A stretch of DNA of 64,000 nt, taken from Mobula hypostoma (Eukaryota). The notes beneath the pieces are model-generated. The model ran no database searches and had not been told where the DNA came from. It was given only the letters and a program-made list of their open reading frames with translations. A program made the position numbers and the translations under genes. The stretch covers positions 101,248,001 to 101,312,000 of the forward strand of contig NC_086108.1 in assembly GCF_963921235.1 (NCBI RefSeq), given 5' to 3'. Positions 1-13,358 of the stretch are shown piece by piece (position 1 is the stretch's first letter; each line of letters begins with the position of its first letter).

Positions 1-94
1 ACAAAACTGATCACTTAAACAGTAGAAGCAAGCAACAACAACAGCATTCTAAACCAAATTGATCCCTTAGATCCAAATACCCAAAGCAGCCATA

Positions 95-872
95 TAAACA
101 CCGTGGCTACCAGAGCAGGCAAAAGGATAGGAATTCTGTGGTGCATAACTCACTTCCTGACTCCTTGAAGCCTGTCCACCATCTGCAAGGCTTAGGTCAG
201 GAGTGTAATGGAATACTCACCACTCTCCTGGACGAGTGTGGCTCCACCAACACTCAAGAAATTTGACACCATCCAGTACAAGGCAGCCAACTTGATTGGT
301 ACCTCTTCCACAAACATCCAATCCTTCCAGCAATGAACGGCTGCACCCATGTGTACTATCTACAAGTTGCACTGCAACAACACACCAAATTTCTTAAGGC
401 AACAACTTCCAGACCTACAACCACTACCATCGAGAAGAACGAGAACAACAACTAAAACGACAGGAATTCTGCAGATGCTGGAAATTCAAGCAACACACAT
501 CAAAGCTGCTGGTGAACGCAGCAGGACACTGATGAAGGGTCTCGACCTGAAACGTCGACTGTACCTCTTCCTAGAGATGCTGCCTGGCCCGCTGCGAGAA
601 CAGCAACTACCTGGGAACACCACCACTTGGAAATCCCCCTCCAAGTCACTCACCATCCTGACATGGAAACATATCGCCGTTCCTTCATTGTCGCTGGGTC
701 AAGATCATGGAACTCCCTCCCTAACAGCACTGTGAGTGTACCTACACCTCAGGGACTGCAGTGGTTCAAGAAGGTAGATCATCACCATCTTCTCAAGGAC
801 AACAAGGGATGGGCAATATATGTTGGCTTAATTGGCGATGCCCACATCCCATAAATGAATAAATTAAAAAAA
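95..872 (+). mobile_element. Decayed 3' fragment of a CR1/L2-group LINE, interrupted by a short Penelope-terminus element
   Basis: Residual frame YRRSFIVAGSRSWNSLPNS resembles a LINE ORF2 C-terminus; A-rich tail at 851-872. Confidence 0.6.
460..596 (+). mobile_element. Short Penelope-terminus-derived element with hammerhead core (529-558)
   Basis: ctgatga-agggtctcgacct-gaaac-gtc-gactg; same family as the sequence ending the Penelope element at 62360-62470. Confidence 0.75.
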
Positions 873-1106
873 GCCTGGAGTAGGCTCAAAACCTCAGCAT
901 TCAGTTCATCATGTTAGCAGGGCAAATCCCCGCAAAATGCGCAGACACGAAGCACAGCATCTGGGGCAGTCTCACAGCCTTAGCATTGCAGAGGGATAGA
1001 AGCCCTCAGCCTATCTGAGCCAGCATTTAAATTGTCCGAACCTCACTCTGGGACCCAGACGCCGCTGCCGGCAAATTGCTCTGGGTCTAGATTTCACTTC
1101 CGACGG

Positions 1107-1170
1107 AACCATTCTCAACCTCTCCAAATTGACTCAGCAACCATTCTCAACCTCTCCAAATTGACTCAGC
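1107..1170. repeat. Perfect 32-bp tandem duplication
   Basis: aaccattctcaacctctccaaattgactcagc x2. Confidence 0.9.
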
Positions 1171-1198
1171 ACTCAGTGATCCAACCATACCTGGCTCT

Positions 1199-1634
1199 AT
1201 TTTTTCCAATATTTTTATTATTAATTTTACATATGTATACAGAGTACAAGAAAAAAAATATATCAATACATTGTACTAAACCGCATATAAAGACTCCTTA
1301 CCCTATATTCATACAGATTAATTAATTCGTAACATTGAAATATAGTAATATTATTATATTAAACAATCTAACCCACTACCAAGACCAAAGCTGATTAGTA
1401 AAGAAAAAAAGGAAAAAAAAATTATTAGTCATCATCTGTGCATTAACAGCAAATCAAAGGTTTTGAAGATAATTCAGAAAAGGTCCCCACAGTGTTTGAA
1501 AGTATTGGCTAGATTCAGAGATTAAACATCGAATCTTCCCTAAATTTTAACATGACATCACATCACGTAACCATTGAGCATGAATAGGAAGGGCCACATC
1601 TTTCTATTTAAGCAAGAGCGTTCTTCTGGCCATC
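1199..1634 (-). mobile_element. 5'-truncated L1-clade LINE 3' end
   Basis: Minus strand reads ARRTLLLK*K...QWLRDVMSC*NLGKIR...FQTLWGPFLNY (fish-L1-like ORF2 C-terminus), followed by AATAAA and an A-tail. 10-bp TSD acctggctct at 1189-1198 and 1635-1644. Confidence 0.8.
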
Positions 1635-2109
1635 ACCTGGCTCTTGACACCCTGCCTTTCCAGTCTATGTGGGTTGACTTTTAGATTGTCCAAACAGTGG
1701 ATTATGGCCTTGCATTAGGATCCAGGCTTCAGCACAGCAAATCACTCTGGGCCTTGAATTTGCTATGGACCTGGATTTCGCTGGCGAAGGACCCATTCTC
1801 GTTCTTTCCGATTCGGCTTGTCATTTAGAGTGTTTCACCCTCATACACTGGTTAGTTGGTAGGAAATCGGATCTCCTCTGTCCCATCTTCTCCCCTCTGA
1901 ATCATTCACTCCAACCAGCCAGCTCCAACTCCAAGTGTGTTGACTTCGTAATGCAACAGCAGGGCACATCCCACAAATTCACTTTGCTCATTTCTTCATT
2001 GTTTGCGGTGAGACTTTATCACAACTTACATAAAAAAAAGTGTTATTAATTATGGTTTTACTTGAATTCATTTGCTTTCAAGCTCCAAGTACACTTTTGC
2101 ATGTCTTTG

Positions 2110-2995
2110 GTAGCACTGAAGATTGGAGAATAGCTAATGTTCCACTGTTTACGAAAGCCTCAAGACCTAAACTTGGAAATTATGGGCCAGTGAGTCTGAC
2201 ATCAGTATGGGAAAGTTATTGGAAGTTATTCACTTGATAGAGGTGTAAAAGACGATGAGAGGCATTGATCATGTGGGTAGTCAGAGGCTTTTTCCCAGGG
2301 CTGAAATGGTTGCCACAAGAGGACACAAGTTTAAGGTGCTGGGGAACAGGTACAGAGGAGATATCAGGGGTAAGTTTTTTACTCAGAGAGTGGTGAGTGC
2401 ATGGAATGGACTGCCGGCAACGGTGGTGGAGGTGGATACAATAGGGTCTTTTAATAGACTTTTAGATAGGTACATGGAGCTTAGAAAAATAGAGGCCTAT
2501 AGGTAAGCCTAATAATTTCTAAGGTAGGGACATGTTCGGCACAACTTTGTGGGCCGAATGGCCTGTATTGTGCTGTAGGTTTTCTATGTTTCTATGTATT
2601 CCAAGGGACTGGTTATATAAGTCTCTTTAGATAGACTGGTTATATGTCTATTTAGATAGACATGGACTGATTAAGGATAGTCAGCATGGCTTAGTGTGTG
2701 GTAGGTCATGTTTAAGCAACCTTATAGAGTTATTCAAGAAAGTTACCAGGAAGGCGGATGAAGGCAAGGCAGTGGATTTTGCCCATACAGACTTTAGCAA
2801 GGCATTTGACAAGGTCCCACGTGGCAGATTGATCAAGAAGGTTCAATAGCTCGGCATTCAAAATGAGGTAGAAAATTGGATTAGATATTGACTTTGAGGG
2901 AGAAGCTAGAGTGTGGCAGTAGATAATTGCCTCTCTGATTGGAGACCTGTGACTAGTGGTGTGCCGCTACTGTTGTTTGTGATCTACAGTATATC
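2110..2995 (+). mobile_element. CR1 LINE fragments (3'-end copy 2237-2597 within an older RT fragment)
   Basis: EDWRIANVPLF...NYGPVSLTS; FFTQRVVSAWNGLP; (ttctatgt)n tail. Confidence 0.85.
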
Positions 2996-2999
2996 AAAC

Positions 3000-4710
3000 A
3001 ATCAATTAGGGATAGTATCAATTCCAAAGAAGAAGCATACAAATTAGCCAGAAAAAGCTGCTCACCTGAGGACTGGGAGAAATTCAGAGCCAGCAGAGGA
3101 GGACAAAGGGCTTCATTAGGAAAGGGAAAAAAGATTATGAGAGAAAACTGGCAGGGAACATAAAAGCTGACTGTAAAAGCTTTTATAGATATGTGAAAAG
3201 AAAAAGATTGGTTAAGACAAATGTAGGTCCCCTACAGACAGAAACAGGTGAATTGATTATGGGGAACAAGGACATGGCAGACCAACTGAATAACTACTTT
3301 GGTTCTGTCTTCACTAAGGAGAACATAAATAATCTTCCGGAAATAGTAGGGGAGAGAGGGTCTAGTGAGATGGAGGAACTGAGGGAAATACATGTTAGTA
3401 GGGAAGTGGTGTTAGGTAAATTGAAGGGATTAAAGGCAGATAAAACTCCAGGGCCAGATGGTCTGCATCCCAGAGTGCTTAAGGAAGTAGCCCAAGAAAT
3501 AGTGGATGCATTAGTGATAATTTTTCAAAACTCTTTAGATTCTGGACTAATTCCTGAGGATTGGAGGGTGGCTAATGTAACCCCGCTTTTTAAAAAGGAG
3601 GGAGAGAGAAACCGGGGAATTATAGACCGGTTAGCCTAACATCGGTGGTGGGGAAAATGCTAGAGTCAGTTATCAAAGATGTGATAACAGCACATTTGGA
3701 AAGCGGTGAAATCATCGGACAAAGTCAGCATGGATTTGTGAAAGGAAAATCATGTCTGACGAATCTCATAGAATTTTTTGAGGATGTAACTAGTAGAGTG
3801 GATAGGGAAGAACCAGTGGATGTGGTATATTTGGATTTTCAAAAGGCTTTTGACAAGGTCCCACGCAGGAGATTAGTGTGCAAACTTAAAGCACACGGTA
3901 TTGGGGGTAAGGTATTGATGTGGATAGAGAACTGGTTGGCAGGAAGCAAAGAGTGGGAATAAACGGGACCTTTTCAGAATGGCAGGCAGTGACTAGCGGG
4001 GTACCGCAAAGCTCAGTGCTGGGACCCCAGTTGTTTACAATATATATTAATGACTTAGATGAGGGAATTAAATGCAGCATCTCCAAGTTTGTGGATGACA
4101 CGAAGCTGGGCGGCAGTGTTAGCTGTGAGGAGGATGCTAAGAGGATGCAGGGTGACTTGGATAGGTTAGGTGAGTGGGCAAATTCATGGCAGATGCAATT
4201 TAATGTAGATAAATGTGAGGTTATCCACTTTGGTGGCAAAAACAGGAAAATAGATTATTATCTGAATGGTGGCCGATTAGGAAAAGGGGAGGTGCAACGA
4301 GACCTGGGTGTCATTATACACCAGTCATTGAAAGTGGGCATGCAGGTACAGCAGGTGGTGAAAAAGGCAAATGGCATGCTGGCATTCATGGCAAGAGGAT
4401 TCGAGTACAGGAACAGGGAGGTACTACTACAGTTGTACAAGGCCTTGGTGAGACCACACCTGGAGTATTGTGTGCAGTTTTGGTCCCCTAATCTGTGGAA
4501 AGACATTCTTGCCATAGAGGGAGTACAAAGAAGGTTCACCAGATTGATTCCTGGGATGGCAGGACTTTCATATGATGAAAGACTGGATCGACTAGGCTTG
4601 TACTCGTTGGAATTTAGAAGATTGAGGGGGGATCTTATTGAAACGTATAAAATCCTAAAGGGATTGGACAGGCTAGATGCAGGAAGATTGTTCCCGATGT
4701 TGGGGAAGTC
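3000..4710 (+). mobile_element. CR1 LINE ORF2 (RT) fragment, frameshifted
   Basis: PGPDGLHPRVLKE, QHGFVKGKSCLTNL, YLDFQKAFDKV, SGVPQ.SVLGP, KFVDDTKL. Confidence 0.95.
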
Positions 4711-5310
4711 TTTCTACTGATTTGATGCCATTCTTTACCAGTAGAGCCACAGCACCCCCTCTGCCTCCGGTATAATGTGTAACCTTAGACATTCAGCTCT
4801 CAGCTACAACCATCCTTCAGCCACACTTCAGTGATGGCAACAATATCGTATTTGACAATCTGTAATATTACAACAAGATCATCCACCTTAACTCTTATAC
4901 TCCGTGCACTTGGATACAACACCTTGAGTACCGTATTTGCTATCCGTTCTGAACCTGCATTCCAATGATTTGATACAGTCTGTTGGCTGCAACGAAGTCC
5001 CATCACCTGCCTGTCCTTCCTGACAACCTGACTGCATGCCATCTTTATTTGTTTTACCATTCGCCCTATCCTGAGTCCCTTCACACCGGGCCCCACACCG
5101 TGCCAAATTAGTTTAAATCCTCCCCATCAGCTGTTTCAAACCTGCCAATGAGAATATTGAATTCCTTGGATTCAGATGCAACCCCTCACTTTTGAACAGG
5201 TCATTCCTCCCCCAGAAGAGATCCCAATTATCCAAGAATTTGAAGCCCTGCCCCTAACACCATCTTCTCAGCCACGCATTTTTCTGTCAAATCATCTGGT
5301 TTTTACCCTC
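4711..5310 (-). mobile_element. CR1 fragment (ORF1 end / endonuclease start)
   Basis: LKVLYPSARSIRVKVDDL...YDIVAITEVWL (APE endonuclease N-terminus). Confidence 0.8.
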
Positions 5311-5319
5311 ACTAGTATC

Positions 5320-6222
5320 TGGTTTCCTCCTCTTCTTGTCAATAATCAGCCCTTTGGTTTTGCTGAAGTGAGTGAGAGGTTGTTGTTGTGCACCTCCACT
5401 CATCCAAAATACCTATATTCTGATTCATCATCTCCTTTGATTCGGCCAACAACAGTAGCTAAACTTAAATATGGTGTTGGAGCTGTACTTAGCCTCACAG
5501 TCATAAGCATCAAGTGCATAGAGCACTGGGCTAAGCACAGACCCTGTGGAGCACCAGTGCTCATAGTGATTGTGGATCTGATGCTGTTACCAATCTGAAT
5601 GAACTGGGGTCTGCAAGTGAGGAAATCGAGGATCCAGTTGCAGAAGGAGGTATTGAGGCCTAGGTCCTGGAGCTTATTGATTAGTTTTGAAGGGATGATT
5701 GTGTTGACTGCAGAGCTATAAAGAATGAAGAGCATCCTGATGTATGCATCTTCACTGTCCAGATGTCCCAGGCTTAAGAGAAAAGCCAATGAAACGGCAT
5801 CTGCTGTGGACCTGTTATAACGATAGGCAACTGGAGTGGATTCAATTTGTTTCTGAGAGGAGTTGATAGTGTTCATCATCAATCTCTCAAAGCATTTCAT
5901 CACAGTGGATATAATTGCTACTGGACAACAGATATCGAGGCAAGTTGCTGCATTCTTCTTCGGTACCAGTATAATTGAAGCCTGCTTGAAACAGGCGGGT
6001 AACTTAGTCTGATAAAATGAGATGTTTAGGATATCAGTAAACACTCCAGCCAATTACTTAGCGCAGGTCTTCAGTACTTGGCCAAGTACGCCACCAGGGC
6101 CAAATGCTTTTCGTGGGTTCACCCTCCTTAAGAATGCTCTCAGATTTGCCTCATAGACTGAAATCACAGGTCATCAGGGACTATGGGAGTTTGTAAAGGT
6201 GCCTCCATATTCTGTCAGTCAA
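5320..6222 (-). mobile_element. Rex1/Babar-type LINE RT fragment
   Basis: AGVFTDILNIS...FKQASIILVPKK...MKCFERL...AYRYNRSTADA...CNWILDFLTCRPQ...STGAPQG. Confidence 0.85.
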
Positions 6223-6224
6223 AG

Positions 6225-7930
6225 GTTAGCATTAATTTTGAGAGTGTCAGAGTATAAAAGCAAGGATGTAATGCTGAGGCTTTATAAAGCACTGGTAAGG
6301 CCTCACATAGCGTTGTGAGCAGTTTTGGGATCCTTATCTAAGAAGAGACTCATTGCATTGGAAAGACTTCAGAGGAGGTTGACAAGAATGATTCTCAGAA
6401 TGAAAGGATTATCTTATGAGGAACATTTAATGGTTCCGGGCCTGTACTCACTGGAATTTAGAAGAGTGGTGGATTGGGGGGTGGTGAATGAACTCATAAA
6501 AACCTATCAAATGTTGAAAGACTTGGAGAGAGTGGATGTGGAGCAGATGTTTCCTATAGCAGCGCGGGGTGGGGTGATGTGGCTAGGATCTGAGAGCACC
6601 GCGTCAGAGCAGTGGGATGTCCATCTTGAATAGAGATGAGGGGGCATTTCTTTAGCCAAAGGTTGGTGAATCTGTGGAATTTGTTGCCCTGGGCAGCTGT
6701 GAAGGCCAGGACATTGGGTATATTTAAGTCGGAGGGAAATGGGTTCTTGATTAATCAGACCGTGAAAGATATGGGGATAAGTCAGGAGAATAGCGTTGAG
6801 GAGGGAAATGGATCAGCCATGATGAATTGGCAAGGTAGCCTCGATGGGCTGAATGGCCTAATTCTGCTCCTTTAGGCATTGGCTTTGTGGGAGAAGCCAG
6901 AGTGTGGTGATAGATGGTTCCTCTCTGAAATGAGATCTGTATTTAATGTAGTGCTGCAGGGATTGGCACTGGGTACATTGTTGTTTGTCATCTTCATCAA
7001 TGATCTGGATGATGATGCAGTGAACCAGATCAGCAAATTTGCAGATGGCACTAACATTGGATGTGTAGCAGCCAGTGAGGAAGACTATTATGGCTTGTAG
7101 CAGGATCTGGACCAGAAGGGAAAATGAGCTGAAAAATGGCAGATGAAATTTAATACAGACAAGCACAAGATGTTGCACTTCGATAGGACCATTCAGGGTA
7201 GGTCTTACACAGTGAGTGGTAGTGCACTGAGGAGTGTGGTAGAACAAAGGGATCTGGGAATACAGGTCCATAATTCATTGAAAGTGGTGTCACAAGTTCT
7301 AGGTATCATTAAAAAATCATTTGGCACAATAGCATTCATAAATCCAAGTATCCAGTATAGCAGATGGAAAGTTATGTTGAAGTTGTATCAGATATTGGTG
7401 AGGCCTAATTTTGAGTATTGTATGCAGTTTTGGTCACTAACCTCCAGGAAAGATGTAAATAAGGTTGAAAGAGTACAGAGAAATTTTACAAGGATGTTGA
7501 CAAGGATGAAAACCTGAGTTATAAGGAAAGATTGAATACATTTAGACGTTATTGCTTGGAACATAGAAGATGGAGAGGAGATTTGATGCAGGTTTACAAA
7601 TTTATGAGGGTTACAGATAGGGTAATGCAAGCAGGCATTTTTCACAGAGGTGCGGTGGGACTACAACCAGATGTCATGACTTAAGGGTGAAAAGTGAGAA
7701 ATTTAAGGCAAACATGAGGGGAAATTTATTCACTCAGAGGGTCATGAGAGTGTGCATAATTGGTGTGCTGGGATTTCAATGCTTAAGCGAAGTTTGGATA
7801 GGTACATTGGATCATAGGGGTGTGGTGGAATATGGTCCCAGTGCACGTCAATGGGAATAGGTAGTTTACATGGTTTCATCATGAAGTAGATGGGCCAAAC
7901 AGCCTGTTTCTCTGCTGTACTTTTCTCTAA
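6225..7930 (+). mobile_element. Two adjacent decayed CR1 3' fragments
   Basis: LERLQRRLTRMI...GLYSLEFRR; LFVIFINDLD...SKFADGT; VERVQRNFTRM. Confidence 0.85.
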
Positions 7931-8261
7931 AGTGAACACAAACTGCATGGAGCTCATCTGGGAGTGAAACCTTTTTGTCACATTTGCCATTTGCTTTTAC
8001 TTTGTCAGAGTTGATAGCATTCAAGCTCTTCCACATCTGTTGAGCATCCTTCTGTGATTCAAGTTTAGTCTGGAATTGCCACTTCTCATGTGAGATGTCT
8101 TTCTGGAGATTGTTTCTGGTCTTCTTGTATCAATGATGGAGCTGGTTGAGTCCATAACACTCTGCAGTTTTCTCCATTTCTGTGCATTGGTATCTTCATA
8201 TCAGGTGGTGATACAACCAATCAGGAATTTGCCAGTGTCAGTGACCTTAACCTCACTGTAT

Positions 8262-10248
8262 TATAGAAACATAGAAAATAGGTGCAGGAGTAGGCCATTC
8301 GGCCCTTCGAGCCTGCACCGCCATTCAGTATGATCATGGCTGATCATCCAACTCAGAACCCTGCCCCAGCCTTCCCTCCATACCCCCTGATCCCTTTAGC
8401 CACAAGGGCCATATCTAACTCCCTCTTAAGTATAGCCAATGAACTGGCCTCAACTGTTTCCTGTGGCAGAGAATTCCACAGATTCACCACTCTCTGTGTG
8501 AAGAAGTTTTTCCTCATCTCGGTCCTAAAAGGCTTCCTCTTTATCCTCAGACTGTGACCCCTCGTTCTGGACTTCCCCAACATCAGGAACTATCTTCCTG
8601 CATCTAGCCTGTCCAATCCCTTTAGGATTTTATACATTTCAATACGATCCCCCCTCAATCTTCTAAATTCCAACGAGTATAAGCCTAGTCGATCCAGTCT
8701 TTCCTCATATGAAAGTCCTGCCATCCCAGGAATCAATCTGGTGAACCTTCTTTGTATTCCCTCTATGGCAAGGATGTCTTTCCTCAGATTAGGGGACCAA
8801 AACTGCACACAATACTCCAGGTGTGGTCTCACCAAGGCCTTGTACAACTGCAGTAGTACCTCCCTGCTCCTGTACTCGAATCCTCTCGCTATAAATGCCA
8901 GCATACCATTCACCTTTTTCACTGCCTGCTGTACCTGCATGCCCACTTTCAATGACTGGTGTATAATGACACCCAGGTCTCATTGCACCTCCACTTTTCC
9001 TAATCGGCCACCATTCAGATAATAACCTGTTTTCCTGTTCTTGCCACCAAAGTGGATAACCTCACATTTATCCACATTAAATTGCATCTGCCATGAATTT
9101 GCCCACTCACCTAACCTATCCAAGTCACTCTGCATCCTCTTAGCATCCTCCTCACAGCTAACACTGCCACCCAGCTTCGTGTCATCCACAAACTTGGAGA
9201 TGCTGCATTTACTTCCCTCATCTAAGTCATTAATATATATTGTAAACAACTGGGGCCCCAGCACTGAGCCTTGCGGTACCCCACTAGTCACTGCCTGCCA
9301 TTCTGAAAAGGTCCTGTTTATTCCCACTCTTTGCTTCCTGTCTGCCAATCAATTCTCTATCCACATCAATACCTTACCCCCAATACTGTGTGCTTTAAGT
9401 TTGCACACTAATCTCCTGTGTGGTACCTTGTCAAAAGCCTTCTGAAAATCCAAATATTCCACATCCACTGGTTCTCCCCTATCCACTCTACTAGTTACAT
9501 CCTCAAAAAATTCTATGAGATTCGTCAGACATGATTTTCCTTTCACAAATCCATGCTGATTTTGTCCGATGATTTCACCGCTTTCCAAATGTGCTGTTAT
9601 CACATCTTTGATAACTGACTCTAGCATTTTCCCCACCACCGATGTTAGGCTAACCGGTCTATAATTCCCCGGTTTCTCTCTCTCTCCTTTTTTAAAAAGC
9701 AGGGTTACATTAGCTACCCTCCGATCCTTAGGAACTAGTCTAGAATCTAAAGAGTTTTGAAAAATTGTCACTAATGCATCCACTATTTCTTGGGCTACTT
9801 CCTTAAGCACTCTGGGATGCAGACCATCTGGCCCCGGGGATTTATCTGCCTTCAATCCCTTCAATTTACCTAACACCACTTCCATACTAACATGTATTTC
9901 CCACAGTTCCTCCATCTCACTAGACCCTCTGTCCCCTATTTCTGGAAGATTATTTATGTCCTCCTTAGTGAAGACAGAACCAAAAGTTATTCAATTGGTC
10001 TGCCACGTCCTTGTTCCCCATAATCAATTCACCTGTTTCTGTCTGTAGGGGACCTACATTTGTCTAAACCAATCTTTTTCTTTTCACATATCTATAAAAG
10101 CTTTTACAGTCAGCTTTTATGTTCCCTGCCAGTTTTCTCTCATAATCTTCTTTCCCTTTTTAATTAAGCCCTTTGTCCTCCTCTGCTGGACTCTGAATTT
10201 CTCCCAGTCCTCAGGTGAGCCGCTTTTTCTGGCTAATTTGTATGCTTA
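8262..10248 (-). mobile_element. CR1 LINE, 5'-truncated, same subfamily as 3000-4710
   Basis: RT motifs near-identical to 3000-4710; complete 3' end with atagaaacatagaaa tail. Confidence 0.95.
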
Positions 10249-10384
10249 TTGCTGATGATTGTACATTGTTCAATGTGATTCTACTCTCAGCCATCAAAGC
10301 ACTCCTGAATGATGTCCAGGCATGGACTAATAATTAATATTTCAAATTGAACAGGTTAGGTCAGAATCCCTAACACAGGGGGTG

Positions 10385-10604
10385 GGGAGGGTCGAGGAGC
10401 GTCGACTCAGACCATGCGTCGGGCATTTTCATGCCTTACAAGGCGCAGATTGGAAGTCTGTGTGGGGCGCCACTCCTCGCACAGACTAGAGCAATGTGTG
10501 ATTAAGTGCCTTCTTCAAGGGCACAAACATGCAGCCACAGCTGAGGCTCGAAATAGCAATCTTGAGGTAACTAGACAAATGCCTTACCCGCTTGGCCACG
10601 TGCC
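10385..10604 (-). mobile_element. tRNA-derived CORE-like SINE
   Basis: Minus strand starts ggcacgtggccaagcgggtaaggc (A box) ...tttcgagcc (B-box-like), then gtgcccttgaagaaggcacttaatc, resembling the CORE domain. Confidence 0.6.
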
Positions 10605-11124
10605 TAACACAAGCATCCATCCTATTCCAAGAGAATATTCCCTGACTCATAATCCTGAACATTTTGGGAAGTCTGATAGGACCATAAGACTGGAAGACAT
10701 CGCAGCAGAATGAGGTCATTTCACCTATTGACTGTGCTCTGCCATTTAATCATGGCTGTTTGTTTTTCCCTCTCAACCCCATCACCTGCCTTCTCCCTAT
10801 ATCCTTCGACACCTCAAATACCTATCAACCTCCACTTTAAATACAAGATGTTAGATCTGCAAAAAGAGATTTAAATAGAATATGGTTCCGATGGGGGCAA
10901 ATGGGTTTAGTGCAAAAGGGCAAAAAGCTGCATGGACAGGTTAGGTCAAAGGGCATATTTTTCTCTTTGACCAGGTGACCTGTTGATTGAAGGATAAATA
11001 TCAGGTATAAACTGGGAACAATCCCCTTACTACTCTTTGATACAGCTCTCAGAGATCAGTTGTAACCTTCAGGTGAGGACCTCCTTCTGGCTACCCATCT
11101 ACTTAACACATTTTTTTTTTCTAG

Positions 11125-11346
11125 ATGGACAAGTTCTGCACTGACAAGACTCACAACACTGAAGCACCCAACATGCAGAATAGAATGTGCAATTGCAGGA
11201 GCACTTGGGACGTGATCAGCCATTCGGAAGAACTTAGAAGCATTTCTTCGCCCCACACTGGTTCAACCAATCCAACATTCACAATTCTACAGGCCAAGGA
11301 CCGTGTACTTTGCTTAGTCCTTGACGTATCATCAAGCATGAATGGG
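11125..11346 (+). CDS. CLCA: CLCA-family exon A (first exon seen): end of Cys-rich region and start of VWA domain
   Basis: Poly-T/ctag acceptor, GGG|gtaagg donor, 222 nt, phase 0-0. Encodes MDKFCTDKTHNTEAPNMQNRMCNCRSTWDVI...VLCLVLDVSSSMNG, recognisably like human CLCA1 [29 protein letters not shown]...VCLVLDKSGSM. MIDAS DxSxS present. Confidence 0.95.
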
Positions 11347-11973
11347 GTAAGGTCTTTTATGATCAGGCTATTTGATGAAATGTGTAGATACGGTAACAAT
11401 AGAGTGACATTGTAAAAGCATTCTGATATTTATTGTTGAACATTGTTGATTTTTGTTGCATATTGTGGCCTGAGCAATACACCACAGAAAATTCCTCAAA
11501 TATGTAAATTATATGGCAAATAAAGTTGATTTTTGCTTCTTGATTTTTGATCGTTGAAGAGAGGCCACGGTGTGGGAGCTCTGCAATATCTTGTCTGCAG
11601 CATTTCACTTTCATTTACTGTATGTGATTAGAAACAAACGTATGAGCACCATTTGTTTCAAATTTATGCAAAATGTTGAAGTGGGCTTAACATTCCTGTT
11701 GGACTAAGAGACAGCATTCACTCAGTGATGGGGTGAGATTTTGGCTGATGTGTGTAAATGATCATTTAGGCAGCTTTCCCATCTTATTACTTGAGCCGAT
11801 GTTACTTCTTTCTGTCCTTTATTTCTTCCAATCTGTAATGATTAATACCACTCAGAGAAAGCACAGAATGTAGGACCACCCCTTGGACCCAGATGGTCAG
11901 TGATGCTTTATAATCCAATGGGTAGTCAATGGAAGAATAGAATTGTGGATATGAAGACAGTCTGAGTTTTGGC

Positions 11974-13358
11974 TGTAACACCCTGGGAAAGGTTTCATTT
12001 GTCACGCCAAACAAAGCTATCGGACGATTGAATGCTAATGAGAGAGATAAGAGAGACATGGAGAGACGTTCAAAATGCTAATAAGAGAGGAGAGAGGGAT
12101 TAACGGAAAAGAAACACAATTCAGAATATTGACAGACCGGTTGCTTTGAACCTGAACTCTTTGAAGTTTGATGGACAGGCGATACCCCAGCAGGGGGATA
12201 AAAAGAACAGGTTCACTAAGGCACGGGACACCACGAGACCACGAGATAACGAGATCCTGGAAAGAGCGGTGTGCCCCCACAAGTTGGGGAGAGTTTGGAG
12301 GTCCGGTTCGCAGGAACCGACCATAGGCTCACAGGGTGTAAAGGTACGATCAGTGGGAACCTGGTGTGTGTGTACGCCCATGCCTGGGTGCCGGGTTCGC
12401 CGCGGAAGAACGATCGTATCCGGAACGGAGGGGTCACAGTTGGTGACCACAGCGGGATAGAAGACATCAAAGGTCTACCTGAACCAAATTGCATCCCCCC
12501 CCCCCCAACGGCACAACAGCGATTACTGCAAACTGTACTAAGCTGAACTGAACTCTGCATCACTTAAGACTGATCATTTTACCCCTAGACTGCGATAGAG
12601 CTTGGTTTGATCCCTATTACCCTAGTTCTGTGTATAGGTGTGTATTATCATTGCTAACCTGTTGCATTTGTTATCCTTACAATTAGAGTACTGTGTTATT
12701 TATTTCTTTAATAAAACTTTATTAGTTCCTAGTAATCCAGATTCCAACGAGTGGTCCATTTCTGCTGGTTTGGCAACCCAGTTACGGGGTACGTAACACA
12801 TTTCTAACGTAATGGTCTTTCTGTAGAAGCAGTGTTTGGGTTATGGTTAGAGATAACGCGGGCTTTGGAATGTGAGCCATGCAATGAAGGGAGTGTGTTT
12901 TCCTGTTGTGTGCCTGACACTGGGGTGAGCTGGTTTTTTGTTTGGCGGGAGATGAAGGGAGAAGACATTGGAGAGAAGAGGTCATAGGACTCAACCCAGA
13001 GTGGGGCCGTGATCTGACGAAGCTCAGGGAGATCGAAGGAGGATGGGCAAAGGGGAAACCGTGAGCTCCAACTTGTGTGCATTAGACTGTTCCATTAAAA
13101 TGGGCTCTTTTCTTTTTTTTCGCTTTTTCTTTTCCAACCCTTTAGGCAAATTAAGAATTATGAAGCTAAATTGTTTAATTGTATGTGGTGTCTGTCTATT
13201 ATTTTGTGGTACTTCATTGTAACAGGGTAATAAATCACACTGCATCCACACAAACAGGAGGTTTCAGGGTGAGCTCACACTTCAATCTCACAAGTTTGGC
13301 GGAGACAGAGATTGTCTTCCCTAGACTTACGCAGCTGACGAAACCAGAGTGTTTCACA
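11974..13358. mobile_element. Outer solo-LTR-like element interrupted by another LTR
   Basis: Termini TGTAACACCCTGG ... CCAGAGTGTTTCACA (imperfect inverted, TG..CA). No clean TSD seen. Confidence 0.6.
12000..12798 (+). mobile_element. Solo LTR (799 bp) with 4-bp TSD
   Basis: TGTCACG...CGTAACA termini, TSD CATT at 11996-11999 and 12799-12802, AATAAA near 12710, CpG-rich. Confidence 0.85.

Noticed and set aside
521..566. Active sense-strand hammerhead cutting the CLCA pre-mRNA
   Set aside because: The core is intact, but the 5' strand of stem I (CAGUC) is replaced by GGACA, so stem I cannot form in cis.
10530..10604. tRNA gene
   Set aside because: Only a degenerate tRNA-like head fused to a SINE body; no convincing cloverleaf.
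11125..11127. ATG at the start of exon A as the gene's start codon
   Set aside because: It directly follows a strong splice acceptor and aligns to about residue 245 of CLCA proteins; there is no signal peptide or HExxH domain, so it is an internal exon.
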